Shown in pieces: positions 8,271 through 17,148 of a stretch of 32,000 bases of DNA. Position numbers and translations under genes: made by a program. The stretch is from NCBI RefSeq assembly GCF_035285525.1, contig NZ_JAYKGW010000061.1, forward strand, positions 30,001 through 62,000, given 5' to 3'. The DNA comes from Okeania sp. (GTDB taxonomy: Bacteria; Cyanobacteriota; Cyanobacteriia; Cyanobacteriales; Microcoleaceae). The notes beneath the pieces were generated by a model. That model was not told the DNA's origin. It searched no databases and was given only the letters and a program-made list of their open reading frames with translations. Each line of letters begins with the position of its first letter. The first letter of the stretch is position 1.

Positions 8271-8812
8271 ATACACTTTTTTTTGAGGATTGTAGACCTG
8301 AACTTCCCCTTTGACAAAACGGCACAATGTATGCTTTACAAGATATAACTTCGATTGTCCACCTGCATTTACTGGGTACAATCTAAATAGGGTTTGCGCT
8401 TCTTTAGTCTGATGGTGGAGGTAGGAAGTAAGGAGTAGTGAAGAGTTAGGAGGAACGGGGAGTTTTAGAAGAAGTGGCGTTAATAATTGGTGGGATGATT
8501 TTTTATAGGGGTGATACCCATTACTTACTCTGGTTAAATATTTAGAGGTATTAGAAACAGATTACTTTGAAAATTTCATCCCTTGATTTACCAACGCCGA
8601 AAAAGTAGTTATTCATAATTCCCCCTTAGTTTTTCTGTCATAATTATCCTAAAATCCTCACTTTTTCGGCTCCATCAACCAAAAAGTTGGTACTTTTACG
8701 ATTCCTGATAAATCAGTACCTAAAATTCTGTAAACGTTTATCTGTCAATGCTTTTAGAATTATTAATTAGCTATTCCTAGATATATTTGGTAAAGGTTTG
8801 GTCAGTCAACCC

Positions 8813-9649
8813 CTACCAAATACTATTGTAAGTCTTAGATAACAAGGGGAAAAAATGCCCTACTGGACCTTGACCTGCACCAATTTCCAAAGCATATTTT
8901 AAAGCATTCGTAACATAATCTTTGGCTAATTTAACACTAGAAAATAAGTCTTCTCCTTTTGCCAAATTAGCTGCGATCGCTGCTGAAAGAGTACAACCTG
9001 TTCCATGAGTATTAGTAGTCTCAACTTTAGGAGTTGTTAAAGTTGCAAAATTTTCCCCATCAAACCAAATATCGGTTCCGCGCAAATTATCCTGGAGAGC
9101 GCCTCCCTTAACTAAAACAGTTTTTACCCCTAATTTATGGATTCTTTCAGCAGCCAGTCGCATATCGTTAATGTCATTAATATCTAAATTCCCCAAAATC
9201 TGGGCTTCATAAATATTAGGAGTAACAATACTGGCTTTTGGGAGTAAAAAATCTCGTAAGGCTCCCACTGCTGAATCATCAATTAACTGAACACCTGCAC
9301 GGGATACCATTACTGGGTCTACGACTAATGGTGTTAACTTTAAGGTCTCTACCGCTTCAGCTACAGCTAAAATGATTTCTTGGTTGAGTAACATTCCGGT
9401 TTTAGTTCCGTGAACACCTATATCTTTAACAACGCTTTCAACTTGAGCTTTGACTGATTCTGGTGACAAAGCATCAACTCTATTTACTCCTAAGGTATTT
9501 TGAGCAGTGATGCAAGTCAATGCACTTGTACCATGAACACAGTGGAAAGCAAAGGTTCGCAAGTCGGCCTGAATACCTGCTCCACCACCACTGTCAGAAC
9601 CAGCAATAGTTAAAGCAATAGGAATAGTCGATGCTATTAAATCAGCCAT
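8813..9649 (-). CDS. thiD: Hydroxymethylpyrimidine/phosphomethylpyrimidine kinase ThiD
   Basis: 278-aa ORF with the ThiD/PfkB-type motifs GSDSGGGAGIQADL and THGTGCTLSAAIAA. Confidence 0.93.
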   Translation of the reverse strand: MADLIASTIPIALTIAGSDSGGGAGIQADLRTFAFHCVHGTSALTCITAQNTLGVNRVDALSPESVKAQVESVVKDIGVHGTKTGMLLNQEIILAVAEAVETLKLTPLVVDPVMVSRAGVQLIDDSAVGALRDFLLPKASIVTPNIYEAQILGNLDINDINDMRLAAERIHKLGVKTVLVKGGALQDNLRGTDIWFDGENFATLTTPKVETTNTHGTGCTLSAAIAANLAKGEDLFSSVKLAKDYVTNALKYALEIGAGQGPVGHFFPLLSKTYNSIW

Positions 9650-9754
9650 AAGAGTTTATATTGTAGGAAGCAGGAAATAGTTGGGAAAACATTTTTATTC
9701 TAAAGTTCATTGTCAGTTTATGCTTTAACTAATTCTTTCTTTGGTATACTATAT

Positions 9755-10019
9755 CAGGACTTACGCATTAGACATCTCCAAAAATAAAAAATTAAATCAA
9801 TTATCGGACATAAATCATTTATTCTTTCCCCCTACTCCCTAATCCCTACTCTCTACTCCCTCTTTTCTGGAGATATCTATTGGGAAACAGTATTGGGCCT
9901 CTGAGATTGCTGTCGGTCCGGAATGCTCCCCATTCATGTCGCGGAGCGAAACACTATCGCTTGCTAACGCCAAGCTGCCCTGAGGCAATGACGGAATCAC
10001 GTTATTTTGCGTAAGTCCT
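9755..10019. mobile_element. Longer MITE-like element, family B, copy B2 (~265 bp), abutted by the IS5-family remnant
   Basis: CAGGACTTACGCA (9755-9767) ... TGCGTAAGTCCT (10008-10019). It contains an internal inverted repeat TAGACATCTCC/GGAGATATCTA and a C-rich heptamer array (CCCTACT-type) at about 9830-9870. Confidence 0.75.
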
Positions 10020-10020
10020 A

Positions 10021-10978
10021 TATAGAACCCCTAAAGGTATCTTTTCCATCCCAGGTTATAATAGGTAGCGATCGCGCTCTTCTTTAAGCAAGAGGTGGGT
10101 AAGTCGCATATTCAAGTAGTTTAACAGATTAAGAATGGGTCTTAATTGAACTATCCCATACCAAAAAAAAGAAAACTTGCCCCACGATCAGGAAGTAAAA
10201 GACAAATATTGGATGGTCTACTCTATCAATTAAAGAATGGTTGTAATTGGTCTGATACAATAAAGATTTACCTCCTTACTCCACAGTATTTTAGCATTAT
10301 AAACAGTGGCTATAATCAGGTGTAACCCTTGGAAATTAGAGATGTATTGCACTCTCAAGTACGTCAACAGGTAAAAAAAGCGCTCCGGGACAACTTTAAT
10401 AATCATTGATTTACTTATCTATCAAAAATACCTGTAATGCTAGTGTCAAGTCCAAGGGATTCTGTTTCTTATCAGCTACTAATGGAATTAAGAGACATTT
10501 AGCAGTAGATAGTTTAGGCTTTCCTTTTTTTTTGCTCTGTAGCACATGCATCATCAGTTTCTGATGATGACGGATTAATTGAAATGTTATCAGATCATAT
10601 TAACTACTTTAAGTCTAAACCTGTAAACCTTCATAAAATCACTATTTTACTTAATAATGGATACCACTCCGAAAAAATTACACAGGAGTTAAAGAAAATT
10701 AATAAGCGCAATGATGAGCAAGATTAGGTTTCAACTTTTCCCCAAACCATCAAAAGTGGAGAAAGAAAAACCAGGAAAAAGGGGTTTGGTTCCAGTTCAA
10801 GCTAGATGGGTCATAGAAAGAACGTGCCTCCTGGATGAAAAGGTGTAAAAGCTTGCCTAAAAATTTTGAAAGAAAGGAAAATGTCACTGCTAAGATTAAT
10901 CTTTAGTTTGATTCGACTAATGCTCAAGAGATTGGCAAGCGCCTAACTTTTTAAAGATACGATTAGGGGTTCTGTATA
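10021..10978 (+). mobile_element. Decayed IS5-family (DUF4096/DDE_Tnp_1-type) insertion sequence; the transposase is a pseudogene
   Basis: Imperfect terminal inverted repeats TATAGAACCCCTAA (10021-10034) and TTAGGGGTTCTGTATA (10963-10978). Internal frames give PKKRKLAPRSGSKRQILDGLLYQLKNGCNWSD, then ..IKNTCNASVKSKGFCF..ATNGIKRHLAVDSLGFPFF.., then ..RWVIERT..WMKRCKSLPKNFERKENVTAKINL. These are spread over several frames with multiple stops and frameshifts. Confidence 0.75.
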
Positions 10979-11087
10979 AATAATTTAAGGAAATTAGATT
11001 TCCAAAAGATTGCTTTGATTTTGCTTGGGGTTTGCGTATGGAACTCTGTTAGTGAGGCAAGGGAACAGGGAGTAGGGAGTAGGGAAC

Positions 11088-11480
11088 GGGGAACAGTTTA
11101 GACTGTTTGCTACGGCTAAATTTTCTGATAGTTAGGGTAAAAATTATTCCGTTTTGAGACGACAATGGCTAAAAATTAGGACTTTTACGGTTCCCAATAA
11201 ATCAGGACTTAAAAAGACTAAAACTTTTACCTGTAAACAGTTTGATCTTTAATCAGCAAGCCCTACTTAGGGTTTGCTGATTAAGTCTTTTAGGGAAGGA
11301 AGAGAACAGGGAACAGTTTAGACATTCTGTCATGGCTAATTTTTCTGATTGTTAGTGCCAAAACTCTGCCTTTTGGAGACGAAAACGGCTAAAAACTGGG
11401 TACTTTTTCCGGATAGAAAAGGGCTAAAACCTTTGTTGAATAGTGTTTTTATATTTAATGAGCAAACACTATTTATTAGG
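11088..11480 (+). repeat. Dispersed repeat family F, two tandem ~190-200-bp units; the second unit ends in a hairpin overlapping the ftsZ stop codon
   Basis: Both units share GGGAACAGTTTAGAC..CTGT..GGCTAA.TTTTCTGAT.GTTAG...GAGACGA.AA.GGCTAAAAA.T.GG.ACTTTT.C...AAAACNTTT. Partial F modules also occur at 8676-8750, 13085-13520, 13735-13800 (-), 5975-6040 (-) and 22905-23005 (-). The unit 2 hairpin is AATAGTGTTT-N15-AAACACTATT (about 11439-11473). Confidence 0.75.
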
Positions 11481-12767
11481 ATTAGTTGGATTTCGTCGCT
11501 TTTGCAGAAAGTCTGGTATGCTTAATCCTGGTGTTTTTTTCTGTGATTCAGAGGTTGAAGGAGATGTATAATTCTGATTTGTACTAGGATTATGAGCTAT
11601 ACCAGGTACTGGTCGTCTTCCTGGCACTTTTTCTTGGATGGGTTGAGGTTGTGCTTCTCCACTAAAACCTGTGGCTATAACTGTTATTTTGATTTCTCCC
11701 TGAAGCTTTTCATCAATTACTGCTCCAAATATAATGTTAGCATTAGGATCGACCACTTCATAAATAACTTCGGCAGCAGCGTTAACTTCATGTAAGGTTA
11801 AGTCTGTACCTCCTGTAATATTAAATACTACTCCTCTGGCTCCTTCTATGGAAGATTCTAGTAAGGGAGAAGAGATGGCTGCATTTGCTGCTTCTCTAGC
11901 TCTGGATTTACCAGAACCCATTCCTATTCCCATCAACGCTGAACCTGCATCGGCCATGACTGCCCTCACATCAGCAAAGTCAACATTGACTAATCCTGGT
12001 ACGGTAATAATGTCTGAAATTCCCTGTATACCTTGACGTAAGATGTCGTCTGCTATTCTAAAAGCTTCTTGTACGGGAGTTTGGTCATTGATAACGGATA
12101 GCAAGCGATTATTGGGTATGACTATTAATGTATCTACTCTGGTTTGGAGTGCGGAAATTCCTTCGTCTGCTTGAGTAATTCGGCGTCGTCCCTCGAATGT
12201 AAAAGGGCGAGTCACTATACCGACAGTCAAGGAACCTGCTTCTTTAGCAATCTCAGCTATAACTGGAGCAGCACCAGTACCTGTACCACCTCCCATTCCT
12301 GCGGTAATAAATACTAGGTCGGGATGGTCTAAAGCATTAGCTATTTCATCTCTAGATTCTTCTGCTGCTTTTTGCCCAATGGCAGGATTACCCCCTGCCC
12401 CCAAACCTCTAGTCAGTTTTTGTCCAAGTTGGAGGCGTTTGGGAGCATGGGACAATGTTAAGGCTTGGGCATCTGTATTAACTGTCCAAAATTCTATACC
12501 AGAGACTTCACTAGCAATCATGCGGTTAACAGCATTGCCCCCACCACCTCCGACACCAATTACTTTGATTTTGGCCGCATTACTTGGCACAATATTATCA
12601 CTCCTTGATTCTTCTTCTGTTATACCTCTGGAGTCATAATTTTGTTCTCCATGAATCCCGAGGTTATTACGAAATGGATTAGCAACATTTTTTGGCAATG
12701 GAAAATCTCCTTGTCCTTGCAATTGGGGACTTTCATGGTTGACCCCTTCTTGATTATTGACTATCAT
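11469..12767 (-). CDS. ftsZ: Cell division GTPase FtsZ
   Basis: 432-aa ORF with [13 protein letters not shown], the tubulin signature [20 protein letters not shown] and the C-terminal conserved peptide [11 protein letters not shown]. It has the cyanobacterial-type N-terminal extension. Confidence 0.97.
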   Translation of the reverse strand: MIVNNQEGVNHESPQLQGQGDFPLPKNVANPFRNNLGIHGEQNYDSRGITEEESRSDNIVPSNAAKIKVIGVGGGGGNAVNRMIASEVSGIEFWTVNTDAQALTLSHAPKRLQLGQKLTRGLGAGGNPAIGQKAAEESRDEIANALDHPDLVFITAGMGGGTGTGAAPVIAEIAKEAGSLTVGIVTRPFTFEGRRRITQADEGISALQTRVDTLIVIPNNRLLSVINDQTPVQEAFRIADDILRQGIQGISDIITVPGLVNVDFADVRAVMADAGSALMGIGMGSGKSRAREAANAAISSPLLESSIEGARGVVFNITGGTDLTLHEVNAAAEVIYEVVDPNANIIFGAVIDEKLQGEIKITVIATGFSGEAQPQPIQEKVPGRRPVPGIAHNPSTNQNYTSPSTSESQKKTPGLSIPDFLQKRRNPTNPNK

Positions 12768-13977
12768 TATTAGGGATGGTTAATATAAAGTTTTTTACTT
12801 TTACTATAAGTTAGTTTATAGCTAACCAAGATGGCTCTGGGAAAATATTAGTCAGTCATATTCTAAGATATGTTGCACTATAATCCAACCAGCTCAGAGT
12901 TTTTATTCATTTTTATTAAATAAAGATTATATACTGGAACTTTACTGTATATTATATCGTCTTTATCCTAATTTATATAAGTCTTTCCCATAGCCATAAC
13001 GTATATAGCAGTCCTATTTTAGGGAGTAGGGGAATAGGAAAGTATTTTTTTTGCCCAACTATGCGCCTAAAATGGTAGCTTGAGGAGTATAGTTGAGCTG
13101 AAAACCAGGTACTTTTTCTAGACCTAAAAAGGCTAAAGCATTTACATAATCACGACTTACGCAGCGACTCTAGATAGGGCTTACTGAAAAAGTCTTTTTT
13201 CAGAAGTAGGGGAGTAGAGGAACACGAAAGTAATTTTTTGATTTTTCCGGAACCGTGCATTAAGCAGCTCAAAACCAGGTACTTTTTCTCTACCTAAAAA
13301 GGTTAAAACCTTTATCTGCCAATATTTTTAGGTTTAATCAGCGAATTTATAGATAGGGTTTGCTGAAAAATTCTTGATCAGGAGATAGGGTGATGGGGAG
13401 ATAGGGAGGTAGAAAGTAATTTTTTTTGCCCAACTATGCGCCCAAAATGCCCTCCTTTTTAAACCTTTTTGACCTAAAAGCTGACATAAAATTCCTAAAA
13501 GCTTTGCCTGTAAATGCCTACTTTTTTAGCAAGTCCTAGATGTAGTGCTTAAAACTATTGCACTGGTAGTTTTTCAACTGTATAATATATAGCAATGTGC
13601 GCACTTAATATTTACAAATTGCAGGAGGTGTCCAAGTAGCTCATAGTCTTATATTATCGGCAATTTATTCTCCCTATTGTCTGTTGCCTGCGCGCAGCGC
13701 TATAGTACATTTGCGTAAGTCCTGATACTAAAGGTTTTAGTAACTTTACGTTGGGAAAAAGTACCAGCTTTTAGGTCAAAAAGATTAAAAAAGTTAGCAA
13801 TAAATGTCTCACCCTTGACAGAAAAATTAATTCCTCTAGAATTTTTATTCTTCCTGATTCTGTACGGACGTTGCATCCAAGGTCTTTGCGACTCCCTACC
13901 TTCACCACAGTATTTTTGACACGAATAAAATAGGATTGCTATATCTACAATTTTATTTTTATCTTACTCCCTACTCC

Positions 13978-14787
13978 CTAGTCCTTATTTAATTGAATTA
14001 AAGGAGAATCTGGATTTTTGAGGTCGATATAAGATGTTTGACGAACATCAATTTTATTTGGTAATTCTCGCATTTGGTCTAGAATATTTAGTTGTTCAGT
14101 AAATTTAGAGCTGTAAGGTCCGAGATGTACTAATCCTAATTCCGTTGTCAGAATTAAATTTCCTGGATCTTGCCAATTAATTTCAAATACTTTTACAGGA
14201 CTACTGCTTAAACCTTGGTATAAAGAATACCAATATTCACGATATTGTTCAGTAAAACCAATTACTTTTAGGGTAGGTAAAGACCTAGTTCTTTCTATAG
14301 CGGAAAAGCTTTCTAAAGGTATCCAATTGCCATAGGCATCTAACCATCCCATTTTTTGGGAGTTACCAGTACCTACTTTATTTTTGAATTTAGTAATTGC
14401 TACGGGACGTTTTTCTATAATCTCAATTCTTAAGCTTGGGGGAAATAAATGACGGCTTATTTTGGCTTTGGCAATTGGACTATGTGATTCTAATTTTTGA
14501 GCTAATATTTGTGGTTTAATTCCCCAAATAGACTGAGGATAATCTAATGAAATTAGGGATAATATGGCTCTGTCTGAAAGTAGTTGGTTTCCTTCTATCG
14601 TTAATTGTTCGGGTTTAGTTATTAGCCAAACTGGCTGAGTAATTGCCCATATTAGACCTGTTCCTATACCAGCAGTTGCTAGTATTTGCCAGATTATTAC
14701 TACTAATTTTAAACGTCGTTGATGTCGTAATTTTTGTCGCCGACTTACTAAGTCTGATTGAGAAACCGATTCAATATTATTAGTCAT
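13978..14787 (-). CDS. ftsQ: Cell division protein FtsQ/DivIB (single N-terminal TM plus POTRA-like domain)
   Basis: 269-aa ORF. It has a basic N-terminus (RRQKLRHQRRLK) followed by one TM helix (LVVIIWQILATAGIGTGLIWAI) and a periplasmic domain. It lies upstream of ftsZ on the same strand, as in other cyanobacteria. Confidence 0.85.
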   Translation of the reverse strand: MTNNIESVSQSDLVSRRQKLRHQRRLKLVVIIWQILATAGIGTGLIWAITQPVWLITKPEQLTIEGNQLLSDRAILSLISLDYPQSIWGIKPQILAQKLESHSPIAKAKISRHLFPPSLRIEIIEKRPVAITKFKNKVGTGNSQKMGWLDAYGNWIPLESFSAIERTRSLPTLKVIGFTEQYREYWYSLYQGLSSSPVKVFEINWQDPGNLILTTELGLVHLGPYSSKFTEQLNILDQMRELPNKIDVRQTSYIDLKNPDSPLIQLNKD

Positions 14788-14793
14788 TTCAAA

Positions 14794-14828
14794 TAATGGA
14801 TAATGGATAATGGATAATGGATAATGGA
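14794..14828. repeat. (TAATGGA)5 heptamer array immediately upstream of the ftsQ start codon
   Basis: Read directly: five perfect TAATGGA units at 14794-14828. The ftsQ ATG is at 14787 on the minus strand. Confidence 0.95.
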
Positions 14829-15053
14829 TAATTAATGATTGAAAAGGCTGATAGATAAAGTCGTCTTTTGCTGATAACTAAAAACTATTGCCGCTCCGTA
14901 CTCCCCTACTTCCTACTCCCCTACTCCCTAAAAAGGGGGGTGAGAACAATTGATACTCTTGCCCCTAAGTATTGCCATATATCTTGACCAGCTTAAAAGA
15001 ATCTTAGAAAATAACACTCAACAATATTAGAAAATACTAATTTTTTTTGAGAC

Positions 15054-16427
15054 ATGGGAACACAACTATTGAGTGACTTAGATTTAGTTAGATTTTATAA
15101 AGCTTGCAACCCAAGCAAAACTCTGATAGTAGGAAATCCTGATGACAAACAATATTATATAGATTTTGCTAGTGTTAGAGGTACTGATATTATCAGAGAA
15201 TTAGAGAGAACTATTACCTTATTATCTGGAAATCAGCCTACTTGTCAATTATTTACGGGTCATATAGGTTGCGGTAAATCTACCGAGTTATTTCGACTCA
15301 AAGATAAATTAGAGAAACAAGGATATCATGTAGTTTACTTTGAGTCTTCTGAAGATTTGGATATGGGAGATGTAGATGTTAGTGATATTTTATTAGCGAT
15401 CGCTCGTCAAGTTAGCGAAAGTATGGAAAAGGCTCAGATTAAAATGCAATTGGGTTATTTCCAAAAGTTGTTTTCCGAAATCTCCGAACTGTTGCAGACT
15501 CCTATTGAACTGGCGACCGAAACGGAAATCTCTGTGGGAATTGCCAAAATTACTGCTAAAACTAAGGATTCCCCCAGGTTACGTTCTCAGTTAAGACAAT
15601 ATTTGGAACCCCGAAGTAGCACTATTTTAGAATCTATTAATAAGGAATTGTTTGAACGTGCGAACATGGAGTTGAAACGTCGGGGTAAAAACGGACTGGT
15701 GGTTATTGTTGATAATTTAGACCGGATAGATAATTCTCCCAAGTCTTGGGGACGGACTCAACCAGAGTATTTGTTTGTAGACCGGGGTGAACAACTGAAG
15801 AAATTGAATTGTCATGTGGTTTACACCATTCCCTTGACTTTAATGTTCTCTAATGATTATGGCAGATTATCTAGTAGATTTGGGGTGAAACCAAAAATTT
15901 TACCGATGGTTCCGGTGCAAACTAGGTCGAGAAAGTTGGCTACGGGGTCTGATTTTTCGGGAACTCTTGACTATGAACCTGGTATGAATTTGTTAAGGGA
16001 GATGGTTCTGACTAGAGCTTTTCCGAATGTTCCTTCTGCCGAACGTCTGGAATTAATCCCTGCTTTGTTTGATAGTTCGGAAACTTTGGATAGACTTTGC
16101 CGTATTTCTGGGGGTCATATCAGGAGGTTGTTGATGTTGCTTTATAGTTGTTTGCAACAGGAAGACCCTCCTTTTTCTGCTGAGTGTTTGGAGGGTGTGA
16201 TTCAGGAGTATCGGGATGATTTAATTAGGGCGATTACTGCTGATGAGTGGGAGTTGTTGTTTAGGGTGGTGGAAAATCAAAGGGTGACTGGGGAGGAGGA
16301 GTGTCATACTTTGTTGAGGAGTATGTTTGTTTTTGAGTATCGAGATAAGAGTGGTCATTGGTTTGGGATTAATCCTTTGTTGGCGGAAACTAAAAAATAT
16401 ACTACTTGGGTTAGTTGTAATTGTTGA
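15054..16427 (+). CDS. Stand-alone P-loop NTPase (Orc/Cdc6- or STAND-like AAA layout) with no recognisable effector domain
   Basis: 457-aa ORF with Walker A GHIGCGKST (about nt 15257-15283) and Walker B LVVIVDNLDR. The C-terminal half is helical and possibly winged-helix-like. It is co-oriented with the giant NTPase gene downstream. Confidence 0.85.
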   Translation: MGTQLLSDLDLVRFYKACNPSKTLIVGNPDDKQYYIDFASVRGTDIIRELERTITLLSGNQPTCQLFTGHIGCGKSTELFRLKDKLEKQGYHVVYFESSEDLDMGDVDVSDILLAIARQVSESMEKAQIKMQLGYFQKLFSEISELLQTPIELATETEISVGIAKITAKTKDSPRLRSQLRQYLEPRSSTILESINKELFERANMELKRRGKNGLVVIVDNLDRIDNSPKSWGRTQPEYLFVDRGEQLKKLNCHVVYTIPLTLMFSNDYGRLSSRFGVKPKILPMVPVQTRSRKLATGSDFSGTLDYEPGMNLLREMVLTRAFPNVPSAERLELIPALFDSSETLDRLCRISGGHIRRLLMLLYSCLQQEDPPFSAECLEGVIQEYRDDLIRAITADEWELLFRVVENQRVTGEEECHTLLRSMFVFEYRDKSGHWFGINPLLAETKKYTTWVSCNC

Positions 16428-16554
16428 TAGTTCAGGGAGTAGGGAGTAGGGTGCGTTACATTTCATTAGCGCACTACTGTTCCTAATATTTCTACCTGGG
16501 TTAGTTGTAATTGAATTAATAAATAATTGATTTTTAGGGAACCGTAAAAGCTTT

Positions 16555-17140
16555 GTAGGGGTGGGTTTCACTCTTAAGGTAAGGGTTTTGACACTCAGCT
16601 ACCCAAACCCCCCACTCACATTTATCCCATATAAGGAGCGCGGGTTTGGGTAAGTTGGGGATGGCACGGGGAAGTCTTTGATTAAACCGGCTCCTATGTA
16701 ATTATTAATTATTAATTGAAATAGTAGGGGCGGGTTTCACTGTTAAGCTGGCGGTTTTGACAGTGAGCTACCTAAACTCGCCCCCCCCCACCCACATTTA
16801 TTTGTCAATATCATATAAGGAGGGCGGGTTTGGGTAAGTTGGGGATGGCACGGGGAAATCTTTGATTAAACCGACTCCTATGTAATTATTAATTATTAAT
16901 TGAAATAGTAGGGGCGGGTTTCACTGTTAAGCTGGCGGTTTTGACAGTGAGCTACCTAAACTCGCCCCCCTAGCATTGGGTAAGCTCAATCCCCCACCCA
17001 CATTTATCCGTCAATATCATATAAAGAGGGCGGGTTTGGGTAAATTGGGGATGGCATCGGGAAATCTTTGATTAAACCCGCCCTTACATATTTACCCGCC
17101 AATATCATATGTCAATAATTAATAACTAATAACTGAAAAG
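16555..17140 (+). repeat. Tandem array of a ~170-185-bp unit (3 full units plus a partial fourth) filling the spacer between the two NTPase genes
   Basis: Units start at GTAGGGG at 16555, 16724 and 16908. Each holds two long hairpin modules: GGGGCGGGTTT-CACTGT..ACAGTG-..AAACTCGCCCC, and GGGCGGGTTT..N36..AAACCCGCCC (perfect in unit 3: 17028-17037 / 17074-17083). An AATTATT heptamer run follows. The array ends 9 nt before the giant gene's ATG. Confidence 0.9.
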
Positions 17141-17148
17141 AAAGGGTC

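Noticed and set aside
5656-8812. A complete dnd/phosphorothioation or other defence island around the DndE-like gene
   Set aside because: Only two small ORFs (the DndE-like and ComFB-like genes) are present. The rest is MITE and repeat DNA with no further long ORFs on either strand.
9860-10010. TPP (THI-box) riboswitch near thiD, suggested by CTGAGA and GGTCCGGAATGC-like strings
   Set aside because: The motif is on the strand opposite to thiD and lies inside MITE B2. Part of it (9945-9964) recurs inverted in MITE B1 (8029-8048). The true thiD leader (9650-9754, minus strand) has no THI-box elements.
16221-16571. 116-aa ORF on the - strand
   Set aside because: It is antisense to the 3' end of the 457-aa ATPase gene and runs into repeat DNA. 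The sense ORF has clear NTPase motifs.
16555-17140. Possible CRISPR array or rRNA/tRNA-like structured gene
   Set aside because: The unit is ~170-185 bp and repeated in full without unique spacers. The hairpins are built on the dispersed GGGCGGGTTT/AAACCCGCCC motif, and I see no tRNA cloverleaf or T-loop consensus.
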